Shown one piece after another: positions 21,577 to 34,436 of a stretch of 43,821 bases of DNA. Every line of letters starts with the position of its first letter. The stretch's first letter is position 1. The stretch comes from Nemertoderma westbladi. Taxonomy: Eukaryota; Animalia; Xenacoelomorpha. The stretch covers positions 1 through 43,821 of the forward strand of contig JAUCBJ010000081.1 of the NCBI GenBank assembly GCA_032718475.1, in the 5' to 3' direction. The notes below the pieces were generated by a model. The model had not been told where the DNA came from. It saw nothing but the letters and a program-made list of their open reading frames with translations, and did no database searches. A program made the position numbers and the translations under genes.

Positions 21577-23187
21577 CCGCTCCCAGAAAATGGGATTTAA
21601 TTCTATAAAATATAAAATCACAGTTTCTAAAATATAAAAAACAGTTAGTCTTTCTTACGCGAACGGCGTTTACGCCGTTTTTTGAGGCTAGCAAGAGTCC
21701 CTTTCTCTTTGGGGCGAGCCACTTTACCAGGAGGGCTATAACTCTTGGGTGAAGGGTGCAATATAATTGCATCAGAAGGTTTAGGGTTACGGTCGGTGTA
21801 TCCGCCGGTCGAGGTACCCGGTTGATCGGTATCAACCTCAGTGGAACGAGGTCAAACAACCTTGAGAGCGCGTTTTGAGACAGCAGCTCTTACTGGTCCC
21901 TGACGGGTCGTTTGCACGAGAGCGGTAGGTGGACCATGTGTAGTGAGAAATTTCCTCGAATGATGATTCTTTCCAACTCGCGTTCTCGGGCTCTATCGGA
22001 ATCGATCCTCGAGCTGATTTTCCTCCGCTTGTCGTTGAAAACATTTGTCCAAAACTCTTTTAGAGAGTAGGGTCGCCCAAGTTCGATATCTTCTTAGAGA
22101 TTCTGGATTTCCTGATCGAACTGAGATAAAGCTAATTTGTTTACCGCTTGGACTTGCTGCTGCAATTTACGTTTCTCTAAACAATTGTAGGTTCCTTTTC
22201 CGATCTTTTGACGAATAGTGTCCAACGCGTTTCGTACAACTCTCTCCTCCACCTCAGTGACAGGTTGTATCGGGTTAAACTGGGACGATGATACGGTTGA
22301 ATGGCGATATTAGATGTCCGCGTCCCAAACCGGCTAGGTAAGATGGGCGAATATTTAGGGAGCCCACAACCGGAGTGCCACCGACTAATTGTTCGGGTAA
22401 CACTAGATCTTTGAACAGTGAGTACAGTTCGGGAGGATCCGTGATACTATTAGGATAAAGAGTCTGAGGTCTCATTAGGGGGTGAGGAGGTCTGACCGAG
22501 TATTCCGGAACTCTGATCATCGGTTTATTTAAGGATCGTTGGAGTCGAGCGAGCATAGGTGATACATCGAACAAGTTTCGCTCGACACTCCCGTAAATAT
22601 AGTGAGTAAAACTGTGTTTAGCGCAACGTCTCCACGGATGTTTATGTCTTTCCGTTTGCTGATTGGGTCTAGGGCATTCGTCGCAGTAATACCAAAGACG
22701 CACGTCCTGCAGGGGAAATGCGGGTGATCTTTCTTCAGTTTTACAATGTTTCTCTCAAGAATTTCAAATATACGTTGGAGTCACTGCGTTTATCTGGTTC
22801 TTTAACGTCTTCTCTTTCGAGTTGGTTTCGAATATAATTCTCGTGTTCTATTCTCGGTTTATCGTTCCGACTCCGCTGGGTATGATATTTAAATAAAACC
22901 ATTTCCCTTTCGGTGTTTACATCGTCCGTATTGTGTAAATCGATAGGATGGCCAGTAGTTAAGAAGTCCATATACGTACCATTACGATGCGTATAGCGAG
23001 CGGTGAATTTTCTATAGTCCAATTCACGCGTAAGTTGCTCCTGGGACATCGGCGGTTCGATATAACGACCATCGTCCTCCGTAGTAGTTGGACTAGCGTC
23101 GCCGCGTATCAAGCTATCAACAAACGCTTGTAAAGGTAGAGTATATCGCTCCCTGATACCAAGATCATCTTCTATCAACTCAGTCAT
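21572..23187 (-). pseudogene. Decayed accessory ORF of element C (about 540 codons, unknown function)
   Basis: ORFs 22741-23187, 22275-22703, a frame at about 21860-22270 and 21572-21859 join through a few frameshifts or stops; lies between IN and the 3' LTR. Confidence 0.55.
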
Positions 23188-24142
23188 AGCTGCTATATGA
23201 GTTTATCAATATTATAATGAGTTTATAATTAGGCTAGCGGGCGTCGCTGCCTACCCCTCACGGCCCCCAGACAGCGCAAGATCCTCAGCACTGATGTACT
23301 GTCGCTGCTGTGCCTATCGCCAACATAGTAGCTGCACAACGACAATAACAACCAGCGCGAGTCACTCCACTGTCCGTCCATTGATTCTAGAATTTTGTCT
23401 TTCAAGTATATCGGTGGGTGCCGCGATATCTTAATCGACTAGAATTACAGATGGTCAAAGGGTTTAACAGATTTATTTTGCGTTTTACGCTACTGTTAAA
23501 GGGACATCACGCTACTATATGTATTATTTAATATACGGTATGAGAGCAATATTGCAAGAAGCAATGTCAGTGAGAAGAGGCAAGTCGTTTCCAAGGTCTA
23601 CCCAGAGCTTGGTTTAGCCGAGACACGAGGATCTGAATTTTGCATTCCTAATACTCTACTTACCAATAATACTTGAATATAGTAGGAGCTTTATTGTACT
23701 TTAATAAGTACGGACATTTCATCTTACTGTAGTCACGTATTTATAATATGATACGGACAGTAAGGAAAGAGAAAAAGAATTATTTCTCGCCGTTGCACTA
23801 AATATATAATATAATATAAGTCAGTAAGTAATAAACACTAATATATATTGCACATTATTAATATATATAACAAAATTGTTCTATTTGTACTGAACTATAT
23901 TTGTATAAAAGCACCAGTATAATTTTTAAATAAATCTCTGAATAAATATAAAAAAATTTCAAAAAAAAAAAAAAAAAAATATATATATTGCACTAATCTA
24001 CTAAATAATCGCTAAAATAACATTCTACTAAATAAAATTAAAGAAAACGATTATAATAAAATTACATAATAATACATACATAAATATAAAATAATAAAAA
24101 CAAATATAAAATAATATAGTCATACACCCACTCCAGACGCTG

Positions 24143-24890
24143 TTACGTTGGGGAGTCCCTAGATGTTTGTTGGATTAGGGAGGTGGTTGTAGGAAGAGTA
24201 TCTTGCCTTCCATAGTTTCCGGAGAGTTCTCTGTCTCTTTCCAGTAAACATAAACGACCAACTGGGCGATTGAGCTGCTGCGTCTCGAAGACAATTCCCG
24301 GTTTCTTAAAGTTACGTCGCATGACGACGAGTTCTACCGATCGCACTAACTGTGAACATTACTGTGAACAGATTACTGTGAAAAGATTACTGTGAACATC
24401 TACAATCATCTTGATTTGTATTTCAAGATTTCTAATGAGTATGGGAAACTTAGTGTCAAAGGATAATGGAGCATTAGTTAGTCTTCCTCCAACGCGTATT
24501 AACCCATCTATCATTGTGCTAGATAAACGATCCCTTAAGCGCATCTGTGGATTTCTCAACAACAGGAAATACTTATCGGAATCCTCATAGCATTGCAGGA
24601 GTCTCAGTATCTGCTTATTGGTTTCTTCATGCTCCTGGTAACTGATCTTCTCCTTCAGAAACCTGTCGGATATCTTGTACTTGGGAAGATCTTTAACAAC
24701 ATGGACCTGCGCAGATGTCAGTGGAGCGGTATCACTAGTGGTCTTTGTCCTGGAGTAGTGATGATGAAAACATCGCTTTAAATATGTAACGGCCTTACAG
24801 AGCCGATTCCAGGAACTATAGTGATGTATCACTCTCTGCAGGAGAGGTGAGAGTCCTTGCGAGACGTCTGGTATTCCAGATTTCACCCAG
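24143..24890 (-). pseudogene. Element C Pol remnant: pre-integrase region plus integrase C-terminus (core deleted)
   Basis: YSSWNRL, DGLIRVGGRLTNAPLSFDTKFPILI, then VRSVEL...RPVGRLCLLE. Confidence 0.85.
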
Positions 24891-25271
24891 TCCCTCACTC
24901 AGCCTCTTATTCCTCCCCCTCCACACTAGAATTGCATCCGCACTCTCTCCGCGCTTCGCACTATCACTCCGTCCCTCAACCCCACTTTTACTATCTCATC
25001 CCTTCTGACGAATCTCACCCCCCTCCCATGCCGTCGCACTCAAGAAGTGTGAAATCGTCTGGTGTCTCGTCCATAGTGCCATAGTCAGTTTACCCCCCAG
25101 TCCCAGTAGCTAATTGAGAAAGGTTGTATGACTATAGTACTTACTCCGAACGTATATATTTGTAGATTACTGATTGCTACGTACGTACATACAAATTGTA
25201 CTTATATGATTATTCACATTAATTAAATTTGTACATAGTTCGCACGTCTCACGTGGCGCCTTCCAGGCGCA

Positions 25272-26196
25272 CTACATCAAATCCTCAGTCCATCCCTCCT
25301 TGGCGTCCGTGGTGTCCCCGAAAGTTGCACTTCGGACATCGGTTCTGCAACCGTGGACACGCTCCCATCCTGTGGCTCGTCTCGTGGCAGTAGAGACAGC
25401 TGGTCCCTTTCTGGAACCGGTACAAGCAGCTCCTTTCCTGGTGGGTCTGTCTCCCACAGTAGCCGCAACCGAGTACCAATGTCTCCAATGTACCAATGTC
25501 TCCCGCCCCACGTCGTCTTTCATCCCAAGCGATCTCCGCGGTCTGTGGAGTCGCTGATAGGCGAACTTCTAGACGTTAGCGTCCCTGTCTACGTCGATCT
25601 CCTCGCCCCTCCCGGGCATCGTCTCTCCGAATACTACCCGTGGTGCCGTCCCCGGTTGCTTGCCCAACCTGATAGTGCTCCCCGCGAAATCCATCGCCGG
25701 CTCCTCGTGCACCCAGGCCCGCTTGCCGGGTTTGTCCCAGAAGGCTCTCGCCCCACTGGCCGTCACCACCCTCCCGCCAACCCAGTCCGTGTCCGAGTGG
25801 CCTATCCTCTCGATGGGCGGCATCTCTCCGAACTCGTCGTCGTCCTCGTCCTCCTCTCGCAGTGGTCCCAACCCCGGTATCCCGGTGGACCCACTATGTC
25901 CCTTCCCGCCTTGGCTCTCGCCCGTAGCTCTCCATCCCTCTAGCTCCCTTAACTTCCTTTGCGGTTGTTCGCCCTCGGCGCCCGCTGGTATGGGCATCGC
26001 TTGCAATCCCGACGTCGACTGTTTCGGTGATCCCACCGTCCACCCCAGTTCTTTCCCTAGAGACTCCCCCGAACTCCCTGACGAAGCCCAACGAAGTTCG
26101 TCTAAGGCTGCTTATTCCTCGAAGCCGTAGCTCTGCGCCCTAGCTTCCTCCTCCCTCTCCTCTGCTTCTCTCCTCTCTCACAAGTTTGCCTGCCAT
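25272..26196 (-). pseudogene. Element B ORF3 remnant (exonuclease and C-terminus deleted, knuckles kept)
   Basis: MAGKLVR jumps to the EEEAR..SYGFEE region; several stops; CGYC, CLYC and CPKC knuckle motifs present. Confidence 0.85.
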
Positions 26197-26629
26197 CTCG
26201 AACTCTGCCCGATCGCTCACCCGTAGGTGGTGCCTTGCCAAGGCGCAAACGTGATGAGTGATGGGTTTAGGTGGTTTAAGTTCAGTTCGATGGCCTATCT
26301 CTTTCTGAATTTCTGAGTTATTGCCTATTCTTACTACTGTTACCATAATTTGTTCCCCTTCTTAGCCCTATTCTTATTCTAATTTTTATTTTGATTTAAT
26401 TTCAATCCTACTACCTTACTGTTTCCTATTACTTGCTACTGCCTATGGATTATTCTATCTCCTAATCCACATTCTGGCCTACTCTGTGGGCCTGTGCAGT
26501 ACAGCAGTATATGTCGCGCGGCCTACACGATCTATCCAACTGTACTCATATGCCCCCCTCTCGCTACTAACTGCTAACTAATATCTATATCTTATATACC
26601 CCTTTTACCTCTTACTCTCTCTCTTCTAA

Positions 26630-27325
26630 CTAACGGTACTACGTACCCTCTAACTCTCCTCTAACTAACGGTACTACGTACCCTCTAACTCTCCTCTAAC
26701 TAACGGTACTACGTACCCTCTAACTCTCTAACTAACTAGCGGTACTACGTACCCTCTAACTAACTCTCTAACTGACTAGCGGTACTACGTACCCTCTAAC
26801 TAACTCTCTAACTAACTAGCGGTACTACGTACCCTCTAACTAACTCTCTAACTGACTAGCGGTACTACGTACCCTCTAACTAACTCTCTAACTAACTAGT
26901 GGTACTATGTACCCTCTAACTAACTCTCTAACTGACTAGCGGTACTACGTACCCTCTAACTAACTCTCTAACTAACGGTACTACGTACCCTCTAACTCTC
27001 TAACTAACGGTACTACGTACCCTCTAACTAACTCTCTAACTGACTAGCGGTACTACGTACCTCCTAACTAACTAACTAACTATCGGCACTACGTACCTTC
27101 TAACTCTCTAACTAACTATCGGTACTACGTACCTTTTAACTCTCTAACTAACTATCGGTACTACGTACCTCCTAACTAATTAACTAACTATCGGCACTAC
27201 GTACCTTCTAACTCTCTAACTAACTATCGGTACTACGTACCTTTTAACTCTCTAACTAACAATCAGTACTACGTACCTCCTAACTAATTAACTAACTAGG
27301 TACTACGTACCTCTTAACTAACTTC
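26630..27325. repeat. Hairpin tandem array of element B (about 19 units)
   Basis: Same GGTACTACGTACC core, with 32-40-bp units. Confidence 0.95.
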
Positions 27326-27468
27326 TGCCTACTAACTGCGTACCTACTATGTACTTATTATTTTGTTTTCTATTTTTTTTCTATTTTTATGTGTGGGAAG
27401 GGCGTCTCGCCCTCAATCCCACCCCCCTCAGTCCAAATCTTGGACGACTAAACTCTTCCCTAACTCCA

Positions 27469-29320
27469 CTAAGGTGCTCCTTCTAGCAGACAGCATTTCC
27501 CTACAGCTCTCCTGTAGGTTTTTCTGTCCTTCGCACCTATCTTACCACCTATCCGCACTTCTACCGATCGGACTCTTCCGTCCTCGTCGGAATAAGTGCC
27601 TACAACTCTCGCCAACCGCCACTGGTTGTTGATGATAGTATCATCCGTAACGATTACGAGATCTCCTTCTCTTAACTCCCTATTTGGCTTCCTCCACTTA
27701 CTCCTTTTATGGAGTGTGGGTAGGTATTCCTCGACCCACCTCCTCCAATACTCTGCGCTTATTGCTTTAGCGACTTTCCAACTCTGGCGGGAGTGTATGT
27801 CATCTGGGTCTACACCCCGCATATCGATGGTCGCTGGCCTTTCCATCAGGAAATGGCTAGGCGTCAGCACGTCTAATGACTCAGGGTCATCATTCTCCGG
27901 GTATAGCGGTCTGCTATTAATGATCCCCTCGAACTTCGCAAGTACTGTCCGTAAGACGTCTTCAGTGACCATGTGGGTGTTCATCAGCTTCGTCATTAGA
28001 CGCTTTGAACTGCCCACCAGTCTCTCGACGCATCCTAGTTTATGTGGTGCATACGGCGTCCTTCTCTCCCACTTTACTTGTCGTCGTCTCATGGCCGCCC
28101 TGACTTCTTCTCCCTCCAAGATGTCCAAGGCCTCTGCCATCTCACTCTCTGCGCCCACAAAGTTGGTGCCGTTGTCGCTGTATATCATTGCAATCGTCCC
28201 ACCTTTGCGGTCTCTAAACCTTTCTAAGGCATTAATGAATGCTGATGCGGTTGCATCTTGGGCGAGTTCTATCCCCACCGCCCGTGTGTTGTTGCATACG
28301 AAGATAATGCCGTAGCGTTTCTCCGTGTGTCGCATCACTTTGATCTTTATCGGCCCGAACATGTCCACACCGCAATGCGTAAATGGCGGGTCGTGCTGTC
28401 TTACCCTACTCGCCGGTAGTGGCGCCATCTCCTGTACGGCTCGCTCCTTCTTCGCTCGTCGGCAAGTCTGGCACTGCCCCACTACCGCTTTTACCTTCTT
28501 CCTCAATTGTTTGACCCAATAGGTCCTCCTTATCTCTGTGAGGGTTCGGTTGGTGCCCCCATGCAATATCGACTTGTGGGAGTCCCAGATAATCTGGTGG
28601 ACTATTGGCGATCCTGTGGGAATGATGATGGGTTTCGGTGGTACGACTATGCTGTTGTTGTATCCCACCCTAGAATTCATTACTAGAATCCCGTCGTCAT
28701 TGAGTTGTGGCGACAGCGTAATCAGCTCGCTGTCCCGTCGGAGGTGCTGTTGGTTACCGACGCGTTCCACCTCGTCGCCATAGTTCTTCCGTTGTTCATA
28801 GCGGATGATTGCCTTAGCCACTCCTTCCAGATCTATGTATGTCTTGATCTTCTTTTCCTTGCCAACTCCCGCGAGGAAATTCCCGAAGGCTCTCCAGTAC
28901 GCCACTAGTTTCTTGGTCTTATACCAACTAGAACTGTAGCTGAGGAGTTTATCCATCGGGTTATCGCACAGTTCTCGTCTTGGTTGCACGTCCCTAATCT
29001 CCCTCACCATCTGGGAGTATATCTCTTCTCCCTCTGAATCTCCCTCTTCTCCCTCTGATACCACTTCTGAGCCCGGATCCACCTTTCTCATCGGCGGCCA
29101 GGCCTCCTTATCGCTCAGAAATCGTGGCCCATGCTGCCACAATACTTCCTTCTTCAAGAAAGTGTGGCGTTCCACGCCCCTCGATAGCAAGTCCGCTGGG
29201 TTCTCGTCTGTTGGGCAGTAGTGCCACCTTTCCAGTTCTGTGGTCGCCCTTATTTCGTCCACTCTATTTGAGACGAATATCGGGTATCTCGTCCTTTCGT
29301 TGTGTAGCCAACCAAGCACT
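27469..29320 (-). CDS. Element B RNase H C-terminus plus BEL/Pao integrase
   Basis: VLGWL..FVSNRVDEI, WHYCPTDENPADLLSRG, H..ILHGG...CQTC, GVDMFGP, IYSDNGTNFVGA, ERLVGSSKR, INSRPL, LTPSHFL, GRVRSVEV. Confidence 0.93.
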
Positions 29321-32300
29321 ATCAATGTCGTCCAGGAATTTATACTGCTCGACCTCGATGTTGGTTGGCCGCCTGGCATTGATATTAATTGACTCTATCA
29401 CTTGGATGGGGTCGATGGTTGCCCCATAGTCGCATCCCGGTGCCACTGCTGCAATTGCGCACCGTCCTGTTCTCATCTCCAGGATCTCATCTCTGCTAGA
29501 GATGGTTGTTACCGCCATTCCGCTTGGCCTCGTTCTCAATCCTATCTCTTCGGCCACCCATTCCTCGACTAATGTGAAGGCAGCTCCACTGTCAACCAGC
29601 ATTAGTGTTGTTACTGATCGATTGCCTTCCCCAATCACTCGTACGGGTACTACTCCAAGTAACACCGTTCCTCTCTTCTTCGCCCCTACTGTGCTCGTTG
29701 CCATCGTTTGGCCTCTCCTCTGACCGAACTTTACCGGCTTCTCTTTGCATTCCCTAGCTCTATGTCCACTCATCACACACCGTGAGCAGATTTTATTGCT
29801 CAACGCGTAATCTATCTGATCTTGCCTAGGTAGCGCCTGCCAGTACCTGCAGTTCATGGTTTGATGAAGCGCATTTGCGTGTAGCTGGCATTTGCTCTTT
29901 GGGTCGTAGCCCTCCTTATACAGCGCATTGCGTATCGCAGTTGCGTTTGTACCAAAGTCCCTACTATTCTTATTGTTTGGATTCGGCCTACTGGACGTAC
30001 TGGGGTTATATTTATTTGTGTTGTTATTGTTCCCCTGTCCGTTCCATGGTGTGATCTCATCTTCGGCTAGCTGTGGACTTGCAGTCCCCTGCGTCGCTGC
30101 GTATGGCAATGATTGCCTGAGCCTCGGTAATGCGTTTGATGTATTGTGCTCTGGCTTCGGTCTATGGTAATCCGTCTTCGGTCCCTTTCCCAGGCTATCT
30201 TCGCTATAGACTGGGTCAGTTATTAGTTCAGCCTCGTAGTTTAAGAAGCTTGACATTTCTTCTAAACCCGGTTCCGCACCCTTCCTATCTCGAGTGGAGA
30301 AAGCGATTTTCCTCCACTTGTTGCGCAGCCAGTTCGGTAGTGCCTGCGCTATCGTTGTGATGTTGTTGGACGCGTTGAGCTCGTATGGCGCGTCTAGCGT
30401 CTTCAGCACGATTAGCGCCTTTTCAACTTTGTTAGCAAATGTCTTAATGCTAACGGGATTATCCTGTAGGCCACCCGATGTTATGCCCCTCAGTGTCTGT
30501 CTGATGATCTTGGCCGGGTGCCCGTATTCCCTGTCCAGTGCCCGCCATGCTGTCGTGAAGCCGCCCTCTATTCCTTGATATTGCCTCACGATATCGTATG
30601 CTGGGCCTCCCGTGTATACTTGCAGATACTTTAGGCACTCCGCCTGCGTCAAGTTCTTTGTTAGTATTTCGTTACTATACATGCGCCGAAACTGTAAATA
30701 TTCTTCCGGCCTACTCCCATCGAATTTGAATGGTTCCACGGGTGGTAACTCGATCCTCGTTTTCAACGCATCGATCAACGTGGCCATCCCCATCGCCTGC
30801 GCTTCCAATGGATTCGATGGGTGCTGCATAGTTTCTCCTGTCTGGTGCGGTTCGTCCGTCCTATTTCTTGACTTTCTTTGACTTGGGTATGTCATCGGGG
30901 GTAGCGGCCCCCTCCATATTTCTGTGTCACACGACCTATTCTCATCCAAGGGTCTCGTTGTTCTTGCTCCTATCGGGGTATATTGTTGATATTGTGATGG
31001 GGGAATGTCACCCTGTCCCCCCCCCCCCCCACCGGTATGTTTGGTACTGGGGTTGATGTTAATATATTGGGGCCCATACACCTATCCGCAATAATTCCCC
31101 CCTCCCCTGGGTATATGTTATGTCCCTGCATGCTGTAGTCATACTGCTGTACTGGTACCGGTATAGGCCTATCAGCTTCTGGCCTACTCGCCGGTATGTA
31201 TTCCGCGACTTCCGGGTTTAATCCCGTTGTCCACGCTATCCTATCGCCTACATTGCCTCTCTCAGTATGGCCTATGGTATGTGCAGTAAGGCCTACAGTA
31301 TGTCCTACAGTCTGCATGTGTCGCTCGGGATCGAAGTTTATTCTTCTCGAATAGTCCTCCCCGCGGCTACCGTATTCTCGATCGGTAGGTATATTCCGTC
31401 GGAAAGTTTCTCTTCGACCCCCCTCTCTACTGTTCTCATCTTCGTACCGGTACATCGCGTACCCCTCTCTCGGCGCGTAGTGCGCCTCGCCGGGTCGCAT
31501 CTCTCCGGAGCGACGGCAATCTCCCGGAGTCCGACCCCACTGACTCTCTGTTCTCATCTCGACTACCGACGGCTCGCTATCCATCCTCGCTCTTCTATCG
31601 TTCGCGGCGATACTTCTACTACTGTCTTCTCTTCTTCTCCTTTCAGTGGAGTATTCCCGCTCGTGAGATCTCTCGTCGACCTCCCGGGTAAATCCCACTG
31701 TTCTTCTTCCCTCTTCTGATCGGGCTCGACGCTTCGTCCGCCCTCTCACGACGTCAACCTCTCTCTCTATGCTCGGTCGCACCCCGCTGGGGATACTCGC
31801 AATCCCCCTATTACTCTCCGTCGCCGGGTGTTGCGGTTTACCTATTTCGGCCCGCGCATTATCCGCTGACGGCTGTGGGACACTCTCTGCCCCCCCCCCC
31901 TTTTCGCCGCTAACTCGCTGTTGTGGGGCCCCTGTAGCCCCCCCCCACTCGCCACGTCTAACTTCGCTATCCCTCACCCCGCTACTATATCCCTCTCTAG
32001 TCGACACATCAACCCTACCGCGGTCGGGTCTATTCACCCCCGCCTCTCCCTCTGCTATTGCGTGGCCTACCAGGCCTTCTGCTCCCTGCCTACCAGTTAT
32101 GTGGCCTACCAGGCCCTCGCTGGGTCTATCCAACCCAGCCACTCCCTGCCTACCAACTACGTGGCCTACCAGGCCCTCGCCGGGTCTACCTAACCCAGCT
32201 ACTCCCTGCCTACCAACTATGTGGCCTACCAGGCCATCGCTGGGTCTATTCAACCCAGCCACTCCCTGCCTACCAACTACGTGGCCTACCAGGCCCTCGC

Positions 32301-32836
32301 TGGGTCTATCCAACCCAGCCACTCCCTGCCTACCAACTACATGGCCTACCAGGCCCTCGTCGGGTCTACCTAACCCAGCCACTTCCGGCCTACTAACTCT
32401 ACGACCTACCAGGCCCTCGTCTGTCTGGCCATACACGCCCGACGTGTTTACGTTAATAGCACCCATATCGGAAACGGAATCAATTTGTTCGTTCGAAACA
32501 AAATCATTTGAATTACTTTGCGCGACTACACTATTTGAATTATTTTGTAAATTCGGGCTCGGATCATTATTTAAATTATTTGGATTATTTTGTGTAATTG
32601 CGTTACTTAAATTATTTTGTAGGTTCGAATTTGGGTTATTATTTTGATTATTTGGATTATTTTGTGTAGCTACATTAATATTAGAATTATTTTCTACATT
32701 AATATTAGGATTGTTCTGATTTAAATTTAAATTACTATCACTAGGCAAAGTATTTCCTGCAATAAAGGTTTGATTAGAATTATCCCATACGGTACTATTA
32801 ATATTAACCACGTCTACTGTACCATTATCATTATTA
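29321..32836 (-). CDS. gag: Element B Gag and protease (frameshift at the G run, about 31020)
   Basis: ORFs 30970-32865 and 29264-31081, near-identical to A; protease motif LVDSGAAFT intact. Confidence 0.9.
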
Positions 32837-34330
32837 CCCCCCCCCCCCCCCGCCCGTACGGTCACACCAGTTTTGGGTCTGTCGTGCGGTCCCTGTAAGT
32901 GGGGTATTAATAAATGTATCCACGGCCCCTGGCTCCCCTAAAATACTCGAGCCAGTCTCGCTCTCAGACGCCCCCGCCCGCACCAGTTGCAGCTCGTGCG
33001 TGCGTCTAATCCTATGTTCCGCTAGCTCACTTTGGCGTCTCTTTAATTCCTTATGTTCTCGCTCAGCTTCTACCATTCTCCTCTCACACTCCCGCGCGTC
33101 CCGCTCAGCCAACTCTGCTACTCTCCTAGCGCTCTCCCTTCGCCTCGCTTCACGCTCCTTGCGTTCACTTTCCCGTCTCGCCTCACGCTCCTTGCGTTCC
33201 TTTTCCTCTCTCGCCTCACGCTCCCTACACTCCCTTTCCTCTATTTCATCACACTCCCTAAGGCCTCTCAAAGCCCTTTCAGCCCTCTCTCCGGTTTCTC
33301 TAATCAATGTCGCTTCCCTCTCTAGCCGCATTCTCCCCTCCTCTAGCTGTTTATCCATTTCCCTCTGGCCTTGCTTTATCAGGTCGAGACGGCACGCGGC
33401 ACCTATCTCTCTCACCAGTCTTTCTTTTACGGAGGATGTAGCAGACTTATCGGTTGTGACGGATTCCCTCCGCCTTCCCGTCCTACTAACTTTCCCCCGC
33501 CTCCCGGAACTTCCTCCGACCGACGAGGCCGAATCCTCGGGGTTAACCTCGGATTCGCCCCCTTCAGGTCCCCTCCAACCCACTAATTTTACTCCCCGGG
33601 CATCGACCAAGTATGGCCCTATGTACACTGACGCTACGCTAGGTTCCATACTCCCACATTCCCATAGTTCAAACAGTTCGCTGGCAACCCCTTTTGCTCT
33701 CTCCTCGGCTAGTTCTCTCTGCCCGAAGCGCATTAGATAATATAAATGTCTGTCCGACTTACCTAGTCCTGACTTTAGTTTTACCTCGTCTATCGTTTTC
33801 CCCTTCCTGGCCTCCTCTAGTAGTCTCCGGGTCGCGTTGTAGGCCCGTCGAAGTCGATCGGAGACCCCGACGTCCTCGTCGCCGACCTCTCCTCCGTCTC
33901 TCCGGGTTCGACGTCGTACCGTCGGCCCCACCGTCGCCGTTCCGGTGGGCCGTCCGTCGCCCTCGGCCTGTGCCTGGCCGGCGACATCGGTATCGACATC
34001 TCCGTCGTCTCTCCGGGTCCGGCGTCGTACCGTCGGCCCCACCGTCGCCGTCTCGGTGGGCCGTCCGTCGCCCTCGGCCTGTGGCTGGCCCGCGACATCG
34101 GTACCGACGTCCGTGTCTCGTGTCGACTCGTCTCCGTCTCCCTCCGTCTCGCTCTCTCCTCCTCTCGGCTCGACCTCAGGTTCCAGGCGGCCCCCCTCAT
34201 CCTCAGCTGCCGGATGACCCGTTACCGATGGGTCCGGCGTTGTGGGCCTGTACCGCCTGGTTGCGGCCTCGCGGATCGTTAGTTCTTCGTCCGGGGTCCG
34301 CGTCGGTGTCGTCTCACCTGACCGACTCAT
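32834..34330 (-). CDS. Element B ORF1, probable coiled-coil protein, 498 aa
   Basis: Homologous to 12857-14407 with frame-preserving indels. Confidence 0.8.
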   Translation of the reverse strand: MSRSGETTPTRTPDEELTIREAATRRYRPTTPDPSVTGHPAAEDEGGRLEPEVEPRGGESETEGDGDESTRDTDVGTDVAGQPQAEGDGRPTETATVGPTVRRRTRRDDGDVDTDVAGQAQAEGDGRPTGTATVGPTVRRRTRRDGGEVGDEDVGVSDRLRRAYNATRRLLEEARKGKTIDEVKLKSGLGKSDRHLYYLMRFGQRELAEERAKGVASELFELWECGSMEPSVASVYIGPYLVDARGVKLVGWRGPEGGESEVNPEDSASSVGGSSGRRGKVSRTGRRRESVTTDKSATSSVKERLVREIGAACRLDLIKQGQREMDKQLEEGRMRLEREATLIRETGERAERALRGLRECDEIEERECREREAREEKERKEREARRESERKEREARRRESARRVAELAERDARECERRMVEAEREHKELKRRQSELAEHRIRRTHELQLVRAGASESETGSSILGEPGAVDTFINTPLTGTARQTQNWCDRTGGGGGG

Positions 34331-34436
34331 CTTCTTTACCTCTAGATTGGTGGCTGGTAGTCGCTGTTTATCTAGGGCGGCAGCTGGTTTTAGTTACTGT
34401 TACAGTTTAACTAGGGCGGCAGCTCGATTTAGTTAC

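Noticed and set aside
26630-27325. Telomeric repeat
   Set aside because: Contains TTAG words but is not a pure TTAGG/TTAGGG tract; it is internal to both element copies.
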